A DNA stretch of 62,217 bases, counting the filler. It is 5 parts of 5 records of this genome, joined end to end, with 100 filler letters (N's around TTAATTAATTAA, not from the genome) between each part and the next. Parts side by side here need not be neighbours in the genome. Positions count along the whole stretch, not along the records: positions 14,097 to 29,468 come from DRR723986_24388; positions 29,569 to 38,221 come from DRR723986_24410; 3 more parts are not named here. One strand, 5' to 3'. The notes beneath the pieces are model-generated. The model was not told the origin of the DNA and ran no database searches. It was given only the letters and a program-made list of their open reading frames with translations. Of this stretch, positions 21,762 through 30,168 are shown piece by piece; positions within the stretch are counted from its first letter, which is position 1, and the number at the start of each line of letters is the position of its first letter. Position numbers and translations under genes: made by a program.

Positions 21762-22154
21762 ATGAAGAAATGGCGCGTTGTTCTCGACGCCGCGAAGGCC
21801 CCGACCTGCGGTGACTGGGTTGCCGTGAGCGGACTTTGCCCGGGCGAGGACGAAACAGCACGGTTCCTCTTTTTGGACGGGACGGAGGCAGATGGGTTCA
21901 CGTTCCTCGATGCCTCACTGGAGCAGGTGGGCAACTCTCCCAGTGGCGAGCAGGTTCCGTGGCTGCACTTTCCAGACTGCATGGAGATCGTCGGAGTGGA
22001 ACGTCAGGAATGGCGACCGCCGAGCTGGCCGCACGACAAGACGTTGTGGCGTCTGACCCTGGTAAGCCTGCCGTCGAATGTCGAATTCGAGAAACGGCTG
22101 TTGGTTGGTCAAGAAAGCAGACGTGGTGTCCTGAGCCGGTTAGGGTTGAGATAG
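21762..22154 (+). CDS. Hypothetical protein downstream of the relaxase
   Basis: GAGGTG RBS before ATG 21762; alternative GTG 21732 overlaps the mobA stop. Confidence 0.6.
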   Translation: MKKWRVVLDAAKAPTCGDWVAVSGLCPGEDETARFLFLDGTEADGFTFLDASLEQVGNSPSGEQVPWLHFPDCMEIVGVERQEWRPPSWPHDKTLWRLTLVSLPSNVEFEKRLLVGQESRRGVLSRLGLR

Positions 22155-22186
22155 GCCAGGCACTTGGGTGTTGCGCACCCCAAGGC

Positions 22187-22474
22187 CTATTTGCAGCGCG
22201 GCAGACTCAGGAGGTTATTCGGTTCGGCTCCATCGGCCTCTGTTTTCAGGTATTTCTTTCCATTCCGCGTAGCGATGATGACCCAGACCGAGTTGCCATT
22301 GACGCTGGTCCAGAAGCGCCAAGTGCCGTCTTCGATACCTTTGATGGCAACATCGAGCTTAATGCACCAAGGACCACCACTCTTGGAACCAGTGGCTCCG
22401 CCGATGCTGTCAATACGCCGGTCAGAGTCCGCACCGTCTGGAATAATACAGGTGATCTGATGATCCTGTGGCAT
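22187..22474 (-). CDS. DUF3892 family protein, paralogue 2, 95 aa
   Basis: N-terminal QITCI and C-terminal KYLKTEADGAEPNNLLSLPRC; AAGGA RBS. Confidence 0.82.
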   Translation of the reverse strand: MPQDHQITCIIPDGADSDRRIDSIGGATGSKSGGPWCIKLDVAIKGIEDGTWRFWTSVNGNSVWVIIATRNGKKYLKTEADGAEPNNLLSLPRCK

Positions 22475-22575
22475 GGGATAAATCCTTCTTTTTATGACAT
22501 TCTAGGATGCCAGGTTGAAACGGACCCGCAGAGGTAGATGCTATCTGCGAGCCCTGATGTTGTAGGGTCATAGCC

Positions 22576-22839
22576 TTAGCAATCAGGGAGATTGTCCAAG
22601 TTGTTGCTCGACGACTTATCGGCGGTCGAGCGGAGGTATTTGCCGGTCGTTCCGTTCACCACGGTGATGTCGACACGGGACGTGCCAGCCTGCTGGACGT
22701 AGTAGGTATGCGTGCCGTTTTCGATATCGCGGATCGCGTCAGCCTTCAGCCGTGGGGACCATGCCTCGCCCGATTTGCAAAGCTTGGTGATGTCGCCGTC
22801 CTTGTCTTTTCCCGACGCGGTAACTTTTCTGTCAGCCAT
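22576..22839 (-). CDS. DUF3892 family protein, paralogue 1, 87 aa
   Basis: AIRDIENG..YYV and C-terminal KYLRSTADKSSSNNLDNLPDC; GGAG RBS. Confidence 0.82.
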   Translation of the reverse strand: MADRKVTASGKDKDGDITKLCKSGEAWSPRLKADAIRDIENGTHTYYVQQAGTSRVDITVVNGTTGKYLRSTADKSSSNNLDNLPDC

Positions 22840-22859
22840 CTTTTCGTTCTCCATTTTGG

Positions 22860-22924
22860 TTTACATAAGTATAGCTAGTACTACACTTGAGATCAGATAT
22901 AGTGATCGCTATACTTCTGTCAAC
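22860..22924. promoter_or_regulatory. Overlapping divergent promoters with two palindromic operators
   Basis: AGTATAG-N6-CTACACT (22868-22887) and GATATAG-N6-CTATACT (22896-22915); plus-strand TTTACA-N16-TACACT; minus-strand GTTGAC-N16-CTATAT. Confidence 0.7.
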
Positions 22925-22946
22925 CCGCGAACAGAGAGAATCTTGC

Positions 22947-23270
22947 ATGTCAGAAAAATTTGGCGAAAAGCTCAGAAAAATCCGAACATCCAAGAACATG
23001 ACGCAGGAGGAGCTGGCGACGGTCCTTGGGTCTTCAAAGGCATATGTCTGGCAACTCGAAAACAAGAAGAATGCCAAGCCGTCCGCTGAGTTGTTGCTAA
23101 AAATCGCAAATCATTTTGGGGCGTCGCCAGAGTTCTTCTTGGATGATACGCAAGACGAGCCTTCTGACCGACAAATCGAGGATGCCTTTTTCAGAAAATT
23201 CCATAAGCTGTCTGAGAATGACAAGCGCACGATTGAGAGGATAGTTTCAGGTTTTGACGACGACGATTAG
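22947..23270 (+). CDS. capH: CapH-like XRE HTH repressor, 107 aa
   Basis: HTH with SSKAYVWQLEN..KPSAE; C-terminal EDAFFRKF with F81-F82-R83, matching the recalled CapP cleavage site of CapH. Confidence 0.8.
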   Translation: MSEKFGEKLRKIRTSKNMTQEELATVLGSSKAYVWQLENKKNAKPSAELLLKIANHFGASPEFFLDDTQDEPSDRQIEDAFFRKFHKLSENDKRTIERIVSGFDDDD

Positions 23271-24048
23271 CCGCCCTCCGATGAAGGAGGCCAACCGCCT
23301 TACAAGGCTCTGGCAGGACCACGGCCCGAACACTTACCCACTGGATATTTCAAAGCTCATTGATGGCGCACTTCAAAACAGCGATTTTGGCGGCGAACTG
23401 AAAACCAAGATAGGCAGCTACGATTCCTTCGAAGGGTGTCTTGTTAAAACAAAGAACACCGACAAGTGGACGATTTTGCTGAACTCGGAAATCGAGAACA
23501 AGCGGCGTCAACGGTTCACATATGCCCATGAGCTGGGACACTTCATGTGCCATCGGGGTTTGCGGGATCGTTTCGAAGACAGCGATGATACCCTGAACGA
23601 TTTCAGGGATAAGATAGAAACCGAGGCCAACGTGTTTGCGTCGTGGCTACTTATGCCTGCCAACCTTCTCAGAGATGAGTTTAGCGGGATTGGCTGGAAT
23701 ACAGATTCCCTGTGCGAGATAGGAAACCGTTTCGAGTGCTCACTCCAGGCGAGCGCTTTGCGATTTGTTGGGCTGTCCAGCAAGCCGGTTGCATTTGTCG
23801 TGTCGCGCGATGGAATGGTCGTCTGGGGCAGCAAAAGTAAATCAGCTCCGTATATGACAGCGTTTTGCTTTGGAGATGAACTACCCAAGGCGTCCCATGC
23901 TCTTACAGCCCACCTCAATGGTGAAACCTGCGCATTGTCGCAGGATTCCGGCTTGGCTTGGAATGAGTTTCGAAGCGCGAAGGAGAGCCAATATTTTGAT
24001 TATTCCGGGCGGGGATATCAGTACACCTGCATTGAATTTGTTGGATAA
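23254..24048 (+). CDS. capP: CapP-like ImmA/IrrE Zn metallopeptidase
   Basis: FEGCL, RFTYAHELGH (HExxH), ETEANVFASWLLMP and RFECSLQA motifs, then a GAF-like tail; overlaps the repressor end (alternative ATG 23281). Confidence 0.82.
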   Translation: MTTTISRPPMKEANRLTRLWQDHGPNTYPLDISKLIDGALQNSDFGGELKTKIGSYDSFEGCLVKTKNTDKWTILLNSEIENKRRQRFTYAHELGHFMCHRGLRDRFEDSDDTLNDFRDKIETEANVFASWLLMPANLLRDEFSGIGWNTDSLCEIGNRFECSLQASALRFVGLSSKPVAFVVSRDGMVVWGSKSKSAPYMTAFCFGDELPKASHALTAHLNGETCALSQDSGLAWNEFRSAKESQYFDYSGRGYQYTCIEFVG

Positions 24049-24476
24049 ATTGACGAATACCACTGATAAATCAGCCATAGAAAATATGTGATCCCGGCGT
24101 GCGCCGGTCTCGCTTTGAGCGATAGTCAGGGCAGGGAATCGACAGGCTGACGCCTGCTCACCCCAACCCTGGCAGCTTCCAAATCCTGTTGATCCGCCTG
24201 CCATCCCGGCAGGTTCGAGAAAACCGGCAAGCGCCGCCCGAGGGCGTCGGTTCCGGTCGAGAATTCCGGTTCCTCCCACGCGCAGGCACGCGGTTCCCTC
24301 CCAAATTCACGCCCTCCACCCGGTTGTCACGGCCCCGCCAGGCCGCAGGACGGGCTTTGCCCTTACCTGCTCTGCCCTTCGGAATGCATGGGCATTCCAA
24401 AGATCAGAACAGGAAGGCCCGCCCATTGGCGGAAAGGGGAAGAGACCCGGACCGCGTCACTCAAGGAGGGTCACAA

Positions 24477-25361
24477 ATGACCGCAGAGAAGTTTGACGTT
24501 TACACCCATGTCACCAATCAGATCATCGCGCAGATCGAGGCCGGAACACCGCCCTGGCGCAAGCCGTGGACCGGCGGCGGGGCATCGGTCAGCTTGCCGG
24601 AACGGTTCAACGGTGAAGCCTATCGGGGAATCAACATCCTGATGCTTTGGGCAACCGCGATGGCCAAGGACTACAGCTCAGCCCGCTGGATGACGTTCAA
24701 TCAGGCCAAGCAGCTTGGGGGCCATGTCCGCAAGGGCGAGAAATCCGCGACCGTTGTGAAATACGGCACCGTCGAGCGCGAGGACGAGAACGGCGAGGAA
24801 CGCCAAATTCCCTATGCCAAGGCCTACCGCGTATTCAATGCTGACCAGATCGACGGCTTGCCCGCTGAATTCTACATCCTGCCCGATCCGCCCCGTGATT
24901 TGGGCACCGAGGCCGATCCCGAGCTGGAGGCATTCTTTGCTGCAACCGGTGCGCAGATCGACAGCACCGAGGAGCCGCGCGCCTATTACAACATCAAGAC
25001 AGACCGGATTCACATGCCGCCGATTGGCACGTTTCACAAGGCCGCAGGATATTACGGCACCTTGGCGCATGAGTTGACCCACTGGACAGGGGCGACAAAG
25101 CGGCTGGACCGTTTGGGTCGGTTCAATGATCGCAAGGCCTACGCCTTCGAGGAGCTGGTCGCGGAGATTGGCAACTGCATGCTCTGCGCACAGATCGGGG
25201 TGGAACCTGAGTTCGACCAGAGCGCCGCCTATGTTGAAGGGTGGCTTGAGGCGATGAAAGAAGACAGCCGCGCGATTTTCCGGGCCGCGTCCGAGGCGCA
25301 GAAAGCCGTGGACTACATCATGGACCGCACCGCGCGGGCCGACCAGATGGCCGCCGAGTAA
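24477..25361 (+). CDS. ardC: ArdC family antirestriction/ssDNA-binding protein
   Basis: PWRKPW, YRGINILMLW, WMTFNQA..GGHVRKGEKS, AHELTHW and YAFEELVAE motifs; AAGGAGG RBS. Confidence 0.92.
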   Translation: MTAEKFDVYTHVTNQIIAQIEAGTPPWRKPWTGGGASVSLPERFNGEAYRGINILMLWATAMAKDYSSARWMTFNQAKQLGGHVRKGEKSATVVKYGTVEREDENGEERQIPYAKAYRVFNADQIDGLPAEFYILPDPPRDLGTEADPELEAFFAATGAQIDSTEEPRAYYNIKTDRIHMPPIGTFHKAAGYYGTLAHELTHWTGATKRLDRLGRFNDRKAYAFEELVAEIGNCMLCAQIGVEPEFDQSAAYVEGWLEAMKEDSRAIFRAASEAQKAVDYIMDRTARADQMAAE

Positions 25362-25385
25362 CTGCCCGCACCGCCGAGAGGATCG

Positions 25386-25415
25386 AGGCCCCCGTCAGCA
25401 GGTGGGGGCCTTTTT
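25386..25415 (+). terminator. Rho-independent terminator after ardC
   Basis: AGGCCCCC-N10-GGGGGCCT followed by TTTT. Confidence 0.8.
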
Positions 25416-25671
25416 GTGTTGTGTGGGTGATCGTGGGTGTAGGCGGTTTTAGGGTGACCTGTCGGCGGGCAACCTGAAGGCTACCCGCCGACAGGTCCGG
25501 CGCTTCGCGCGGACGGGCATGAATGCCCGGAGGCGACGCATCTGGATATCTCAGTTGCCATACCGACAGAGGTCTGTCGCCCGGACGACGCAGGCAGCTT
25601 CTAAGCACGGAATCTGGTGGATAACGGAAGACAGTCTCGATTGTTGTCGTTTGGTGCAGTATTTGCACGGC

Positions 25672-26478
25672 ATGATAGGCAGCAAAACATATGAGAAGCT
25701 GATTCCTCGCCACGAACGCGAGGCACTGGAGCAGGCGCTTGGAATGGATTCGGGATATGTTCTTGATTTCAGCGACCGCACCTTCAATGACTTCTTTTAT
25801 GAAACGATTGCTATTGACCCGGAAGACCAGTCGCGGCTCTTTAACGGTCGTGGAACGTCAAAGGCAAAGAGACTGCGTTCGTTTATTGAACGTGCCCAAC
25901 CGGCGCTTGTGGCGAAGATATTGCGCGAAATGTGGGAATATCGGGAGGCAATAGAGTTTGCGCCATCTGTGCCGAACGAAGAAAAGCTGAAGGAGTCCTA
26001 TTTTTCCATCATTGCCCGGATCGAGGGGCGTGCGGACGCCATTGACACATCTGCAATCGAGACGTTCGAGCCGAATGAAACGCTGGAAGAGCTTGTCGCT
26101 TCAATACGCCGCGATTTGGACGCGAACAAGCCACAGGCCGCTCTGGACCGCCTTCACACATATTGCATGAAGCGTTTTGCGTCTCTTGTCCGCAAACATG
26201 GTGGCGGAGAGTGCGGCAAGGACGATGCGCTTCACGCGCGGGTAGCCAAATACGTAAAGATTCTGCGCGAGCAGCAGAACCTGAATCCGATTTCAGAACG
26301 TATTGTGAAAAGCTCGATCAGTGTGTTTGAAGCTATGAATCCTGTCCGCAACGACCAGTCGTTCGCGCACGACAATCCCGACTTGGTGCAGATGGAAGAA
26401 GCTCGTTTCGTGTTTGACAGCGTGACCGCGTTCCTGCGCTTTTCCAAAGCTATCGACGGAAGGTTCTTCGAGGATTGA
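25672..26478 (+). CDS. AbiJ-like abortive infection protein with Abi_C (HEPN) C-terminus
   Basis: N-terminal MDSGYVLDFSDRTF..SKAKRLR; C-terminal ALDRLHT and RNDQSFAHDN (Rx6H). Confidence 0.75.
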   Translation: MIGSKTYEKLIPRHEREALEQALGMDSGYVLDFSDRTFNDFFYETIAIDPEDQSRLFNGRGTSKAKRLRSFIERAQPALVAKILREMWEYREAIEFAPSVPNEEKLKESYFSIIARIEGRADAIDTSAIETFEPNETLEELVASIRRDLDANKPQAALDRLHTYCMKRFASLVRKHGGGECGKDDALHARVAKYVKILREQQNLNPISERIVKSSISVFEAMNPVRNDQSFAHDNPDLVQMEEARFVFDSVTAFLRFSKAIDGRFFED

Positions 26479-26484
26479 TGCGGA

Positions 26485-26949
26485 TCAGGTGCGGCGTGTC
26501 ATAAGGCGGATCGCGGCTTCTTGCGGTCCCCATCGAAACGAGAACGTGTCTGACACATCAAACCAGCCGTTGCCGTCACCTGCCCCGTGATTTGCGCCCA
26601 TGCACGAACACTGACAGTCATGCCCAACTGCGTTGCGACAGGCCGGTGCGCACTTCTCCATTTCTCGAAATGGCTGAACGACATAGACCCGACCATAGCG
26701 ATCCAACGTACCATCTACGAAGCGGTTGAGCCAGCTCAGGGGGAGTTTCCAGGATTTTTCCATATGTGCAAAACGGATTGTTGGCCTGCGGTTGCCCGTG
26801 GCCAAGCCCGTGAGCCACTGGCGATTGTCAGCGCGATACGGCAGACGGGCCGTCAGCTTGTCGCCTTTCAGGCCCGAGCGAACGATTATCGGTATATCAG
26901 GCTGCGCCCACTGGCGGCGGATTGAGGGAGGAATGTTCGATGTGTCCAA
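26485..26949 (-). CDS. Cys-rich hypothetical protein, 154 aa
   Basis: TTG start after AAGGAAG; CAPAC-x7-CQCSC-x4-HG cluster. Confidence 0.7.
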   Translation of the reverse strand: MDTSNIPPSIRRQWAQPDIPIIVRSGLKGDKLTARLPYRADNRQWLTGLATGNRRPTIRFAHMEKSWKLPLSWLNRFVDGTLDRYGRVYVVQPFREMEKCAPACRNAVGHDCQCSCMGANHGAGDGNGWFDVSDTFSFRWGPQEAAIRLMTRRT

Positions 26950-26991
26950 AGGTGTGTCTTCCTTAAGAAATATTGGTTTGCAAACACATGG

Positions 26992-29468
26992 CTAACCTAC
27001 GCTTTCCAGTAGCGCGATTTCGTCTTCGGTCAGGTCGAACAGGTCATAGACGATGCTGTCGATCTGGGCTTCGGCCTGGGCGATTTCGGCGGTCAGGCGG
27101 GCGATTTCAGCGCGGTCGCGGTTGATCCAATCTTCCCAGTCGGAGCGATCGGTCAGTGGAATGTCGGCCTTGAACACCTTCTTCACTTCGGCGCGGAAGG
27201 CGGCGAAGTCGGGCAGAGTCCACCATTCCTTGAGCTTGTTGGTCAATTTGGGATCGCGTTCAGGTGGGCAGAGATCGGGAATGCGACGTGTGAGAGCCAC
27301 TTGCAGCTTTAAACGTTCCTGAGCGGATTTCTGAGCCATGACGGCTTGCGATGCTAACGCTTGGCGGCTGCTTTCAGGCATTTCGGGAATAGGCAACTGC
27401 CCAACATATTGGGCTTTCATCCTGAAGTATCCACCGCTGGCAAGCGGAGTTAACGAGCGAAACACGAACCACATGGTCGTTGAGTTCAGAAGCCCCGCAA
27501 TAGCATAGTCATCAGAGGGCAAAGCAAACGCAGTTGTTTCAAGGTAACTACCGGATTCATCGAGGTGAAAAGGGTTCTCTGCGGCGATGTCCCTATACGT
27601 GATTTTAGTCTTCTCGAAACCAGGCACGTATGCCTCTTGTGGCTGTTGAAGCTCAAACCACTCTTGTTTGGCCGCTCGATTTTCCAAGCGTTCTTTAAAT
27701 GGCAGTAGCCAGTCTCGGATGGCAGGATAGTCATCAATTTCGATCCGGTTCTTGGGTATGTAGATCAGCCATAGGCCGCGCGGTTCTGCCCGCCAGCGTT
27801 TCAGGTCCTTGCCTTCGAGGAAGGGTTTCAGCAGATCGGCAGACTTTGGGTCCTGTGCGCAGATACGCTCCTTGGTCGCGTTGTCGATCACAAAGGCCGC
27901 GTTCAGGCCGGTCTTGATGCCGTAGAGCGGTGATCCATAGACTTCCTTTAGGGTCTTCCTGCCCTTCTTGATCTTGTCCCGTAGAGCGCGCAGGGCGGGG
28001 TTTTCTAGCTCCCATGATCCGGCCCCCAGAGCAGTTTGCGGATACGGGCCGGCGGCAGCTTCCCAAGTGGCGAGGAAGTTATTGTTTGGCAGGGCATCTA
28101 CTTTCCAGAATCGCAGATCGTGCCCCTTGGGCGCGATCCCGCGTTTCATGGTCAGGATGGCCGGATAGGTGGTCACACCTTCGAAGACTTGCAGGTCGCC
28201 AAAATCGACTACGCTTTCGATGGTCGCCTCTTTCAGAAGGTATTCGCGCAGGGGCTTGCCCGATCCGGTCTTGAAGAAGGTGTTCGAGGAAATGTAGCCC
28301 AAGCGCCCGCCCGGTTTCAGCAAGCGCAGGCCGCGTTCGTAGAAATAGCAGTAGAGATCGGCCCGGTCGGAAACGACCTCATAGCGCTTTTCCAGATAGG
28401 GTTTCAGGAGCTTCAGGAATTCCATCCGCACATAGGGCGGGTTGCCCAGGACCACGTCAAAGCCGCCTTCGGCAAAGACGCCGGGGAAGGCCGTTTCCCA
28501 GGTGAACGCGTGATCGAGATAGGCGAAGTTGCTGTCCTCGATCAGGCTGTCACCGACACGGATGCTGCCCGACAGGCTGTCCAGAACCTTGCCGCGCCGG
28601 GCAGTCTTGATCCAGAGCGACAGCTTGGTGATCTCGATGCTTTCCTCGTTCACGTCCACGCCGAAGAGGTTGTCGGTCAGAATTTCGCTGTCCGGGATAT
28701 AGTCGAGAAGATCGCCAAAATGTTCGGCCTTGGGCAGCAGGTCTTTGATCTTGTCGTTCACGCGGGTCAGTTCGGCCTTCATGAAGTCGAAGGCCATGAT
28801 CAGGAACACACCGGAGCCACAGGCGGGATCAACAATGCGCAAGGATTTCAGGCGATCGCGATAGGCTTGCCAGGCGTCCAGCTCGGCCGACTTTTTCCGC
28901 CAGGGGATATTTTCGTAGTCGGTGACATCCGCGCCCTTCTTGGCGTGAGCGCGCAAGGTGTCGTCGAAGATTTCCCGCAGGTGCGTGCCCAGGGTTTCGG
29001 CGACGATGAAGCGCGCGATGTAATCAGGGGTATAGACCACCCCGTCACGCTTGCGCCGCCCGCTTGTGCCAGTGGTTTTCTCAGGCTCTTCCTCTTCACC
29101 GCGCGCGATCGCTTGCAGGCGTTCCACGTCCGCGATGGACTGTTCGAAGATATGGCCGAGGACCGTGACGGAGACTTCGGAGGCGAAGTCATACCCGCCC
29201 AGAGTCTTGAACCCCTCGCAGATGTCATCGGGTATGGTCAGCCCGTTGATCACCGCATCTTCGCGGAACAGACCCCCGTTGTAGCGCGGGATTTTCAGCT
29301 CGTTGTTACCCTCGTCGATGGCGCGGAACAGACCCTTGAAATTGTCCCAGACGGGGCGAGGGTTGTAAGGGTCGCGCGCGACGAAGGCGTTTTCCAGTGT
29401 GTTGTCTGGTAGCAGGCCGGTGTCTTCAGCAAAGGCAATGAACAACACCCGATCGAGGATCTTCTGCG
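26992..29468 (-). CDS. Type IIG (Eco57I-like) restriction-modification enzyme, 5'-truncated
   Basis: YNGGLF, LGHIFEQSI, GVVYTP, DPACGSG and GNPPY motifs, then a TaqI_C-like TRD; nuclease N-terminus lies beyond the gap. Confidence 0.88.
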
Positions 29469-29568
29469 NNNNNNNNNNNNNNNNNNNNNNNNNNNNNNNN
29501 NNNNNNNNNNNNTTAATTAATTAANNNNNNNNNNNNNNNNNNNNNNNNNNNNNNNNNNNNNNNNNNNN
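29469..29568. other. Artificial contig linker
   Basis: N-run with TTAATTAATTAA. Confidence 0.98.
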
Positions 29569-30164
29569 AGGCAAAGTTTCTTGCAGGTGGTGAATATCCG
29601 GTACCCGTGGCACAGTCGGACAACAGAATTTCGATTGAATTCAAACCTTTCGGCGTCGAACTGTCGTTTATACCGCGCGTGGTCGACAAAGACCTCGTGA
29701 ACCTTGAACTCAAGGCCGCCGTATCCGCGATTGACCCGACGACCAGCTTGCAACTGGGCAACGGCATTGAGATCGCCGCCTTTACCCGGCGCGAAACCTC
29801 CAGCACTGTTGAGCTGCGCGATGGCGAAAGCTTCGCAATCGCTGGCCTGTTGAAGGATGACTTCACCGACAATGCGACACAGCTTCCTTGGTTGGGTGAT
29901 GTACCGGTTTTGGGCGCCCTTTTCCGGTCTGCGGATTATCAGCGCAACCAGACGGAATTGGTGATCATCGTCACTGCGCATCTGGTTACACCGACACGCG
30001 GCGAAGCTTTGGCACTGCCGACAGATCGGATCAGACCGCCAACCGAAAAAGACCTGTTCCTCTATGGCCGCACGGCTGATGGCACGCGCACACCGAAAAA
30101 AGGTGCCGCTGGCGAAGTTGCCAAGCAGGACTTTGGCGGCTCATACGGCTATGTATTGGATTGA
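29569..30164 (+). CDS. cpaC: Tad pilus secretin CpaC/RcpA, 5'-truncated
   Basis: FLAGGEYP, VELRDGESFAIAGLL, LPWLGDVPVLGALFRS and TELVIIVT motifs. Confidence 0.92.
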
Positions 30165-30168
30165 AACG

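Noticed and set aside
22947-24048. ICE or prophage ImmR/ImmA excision switch
   Set aside because: No integrase, excisionase or phage genes are visible; length, the FFRK site and gene layout fit CapH/CapP better.
28036-29412. 458-aa plus-strand ORF opposite the R-M gene
   Set aside because: Antisense shadow with no recognisable motifs.
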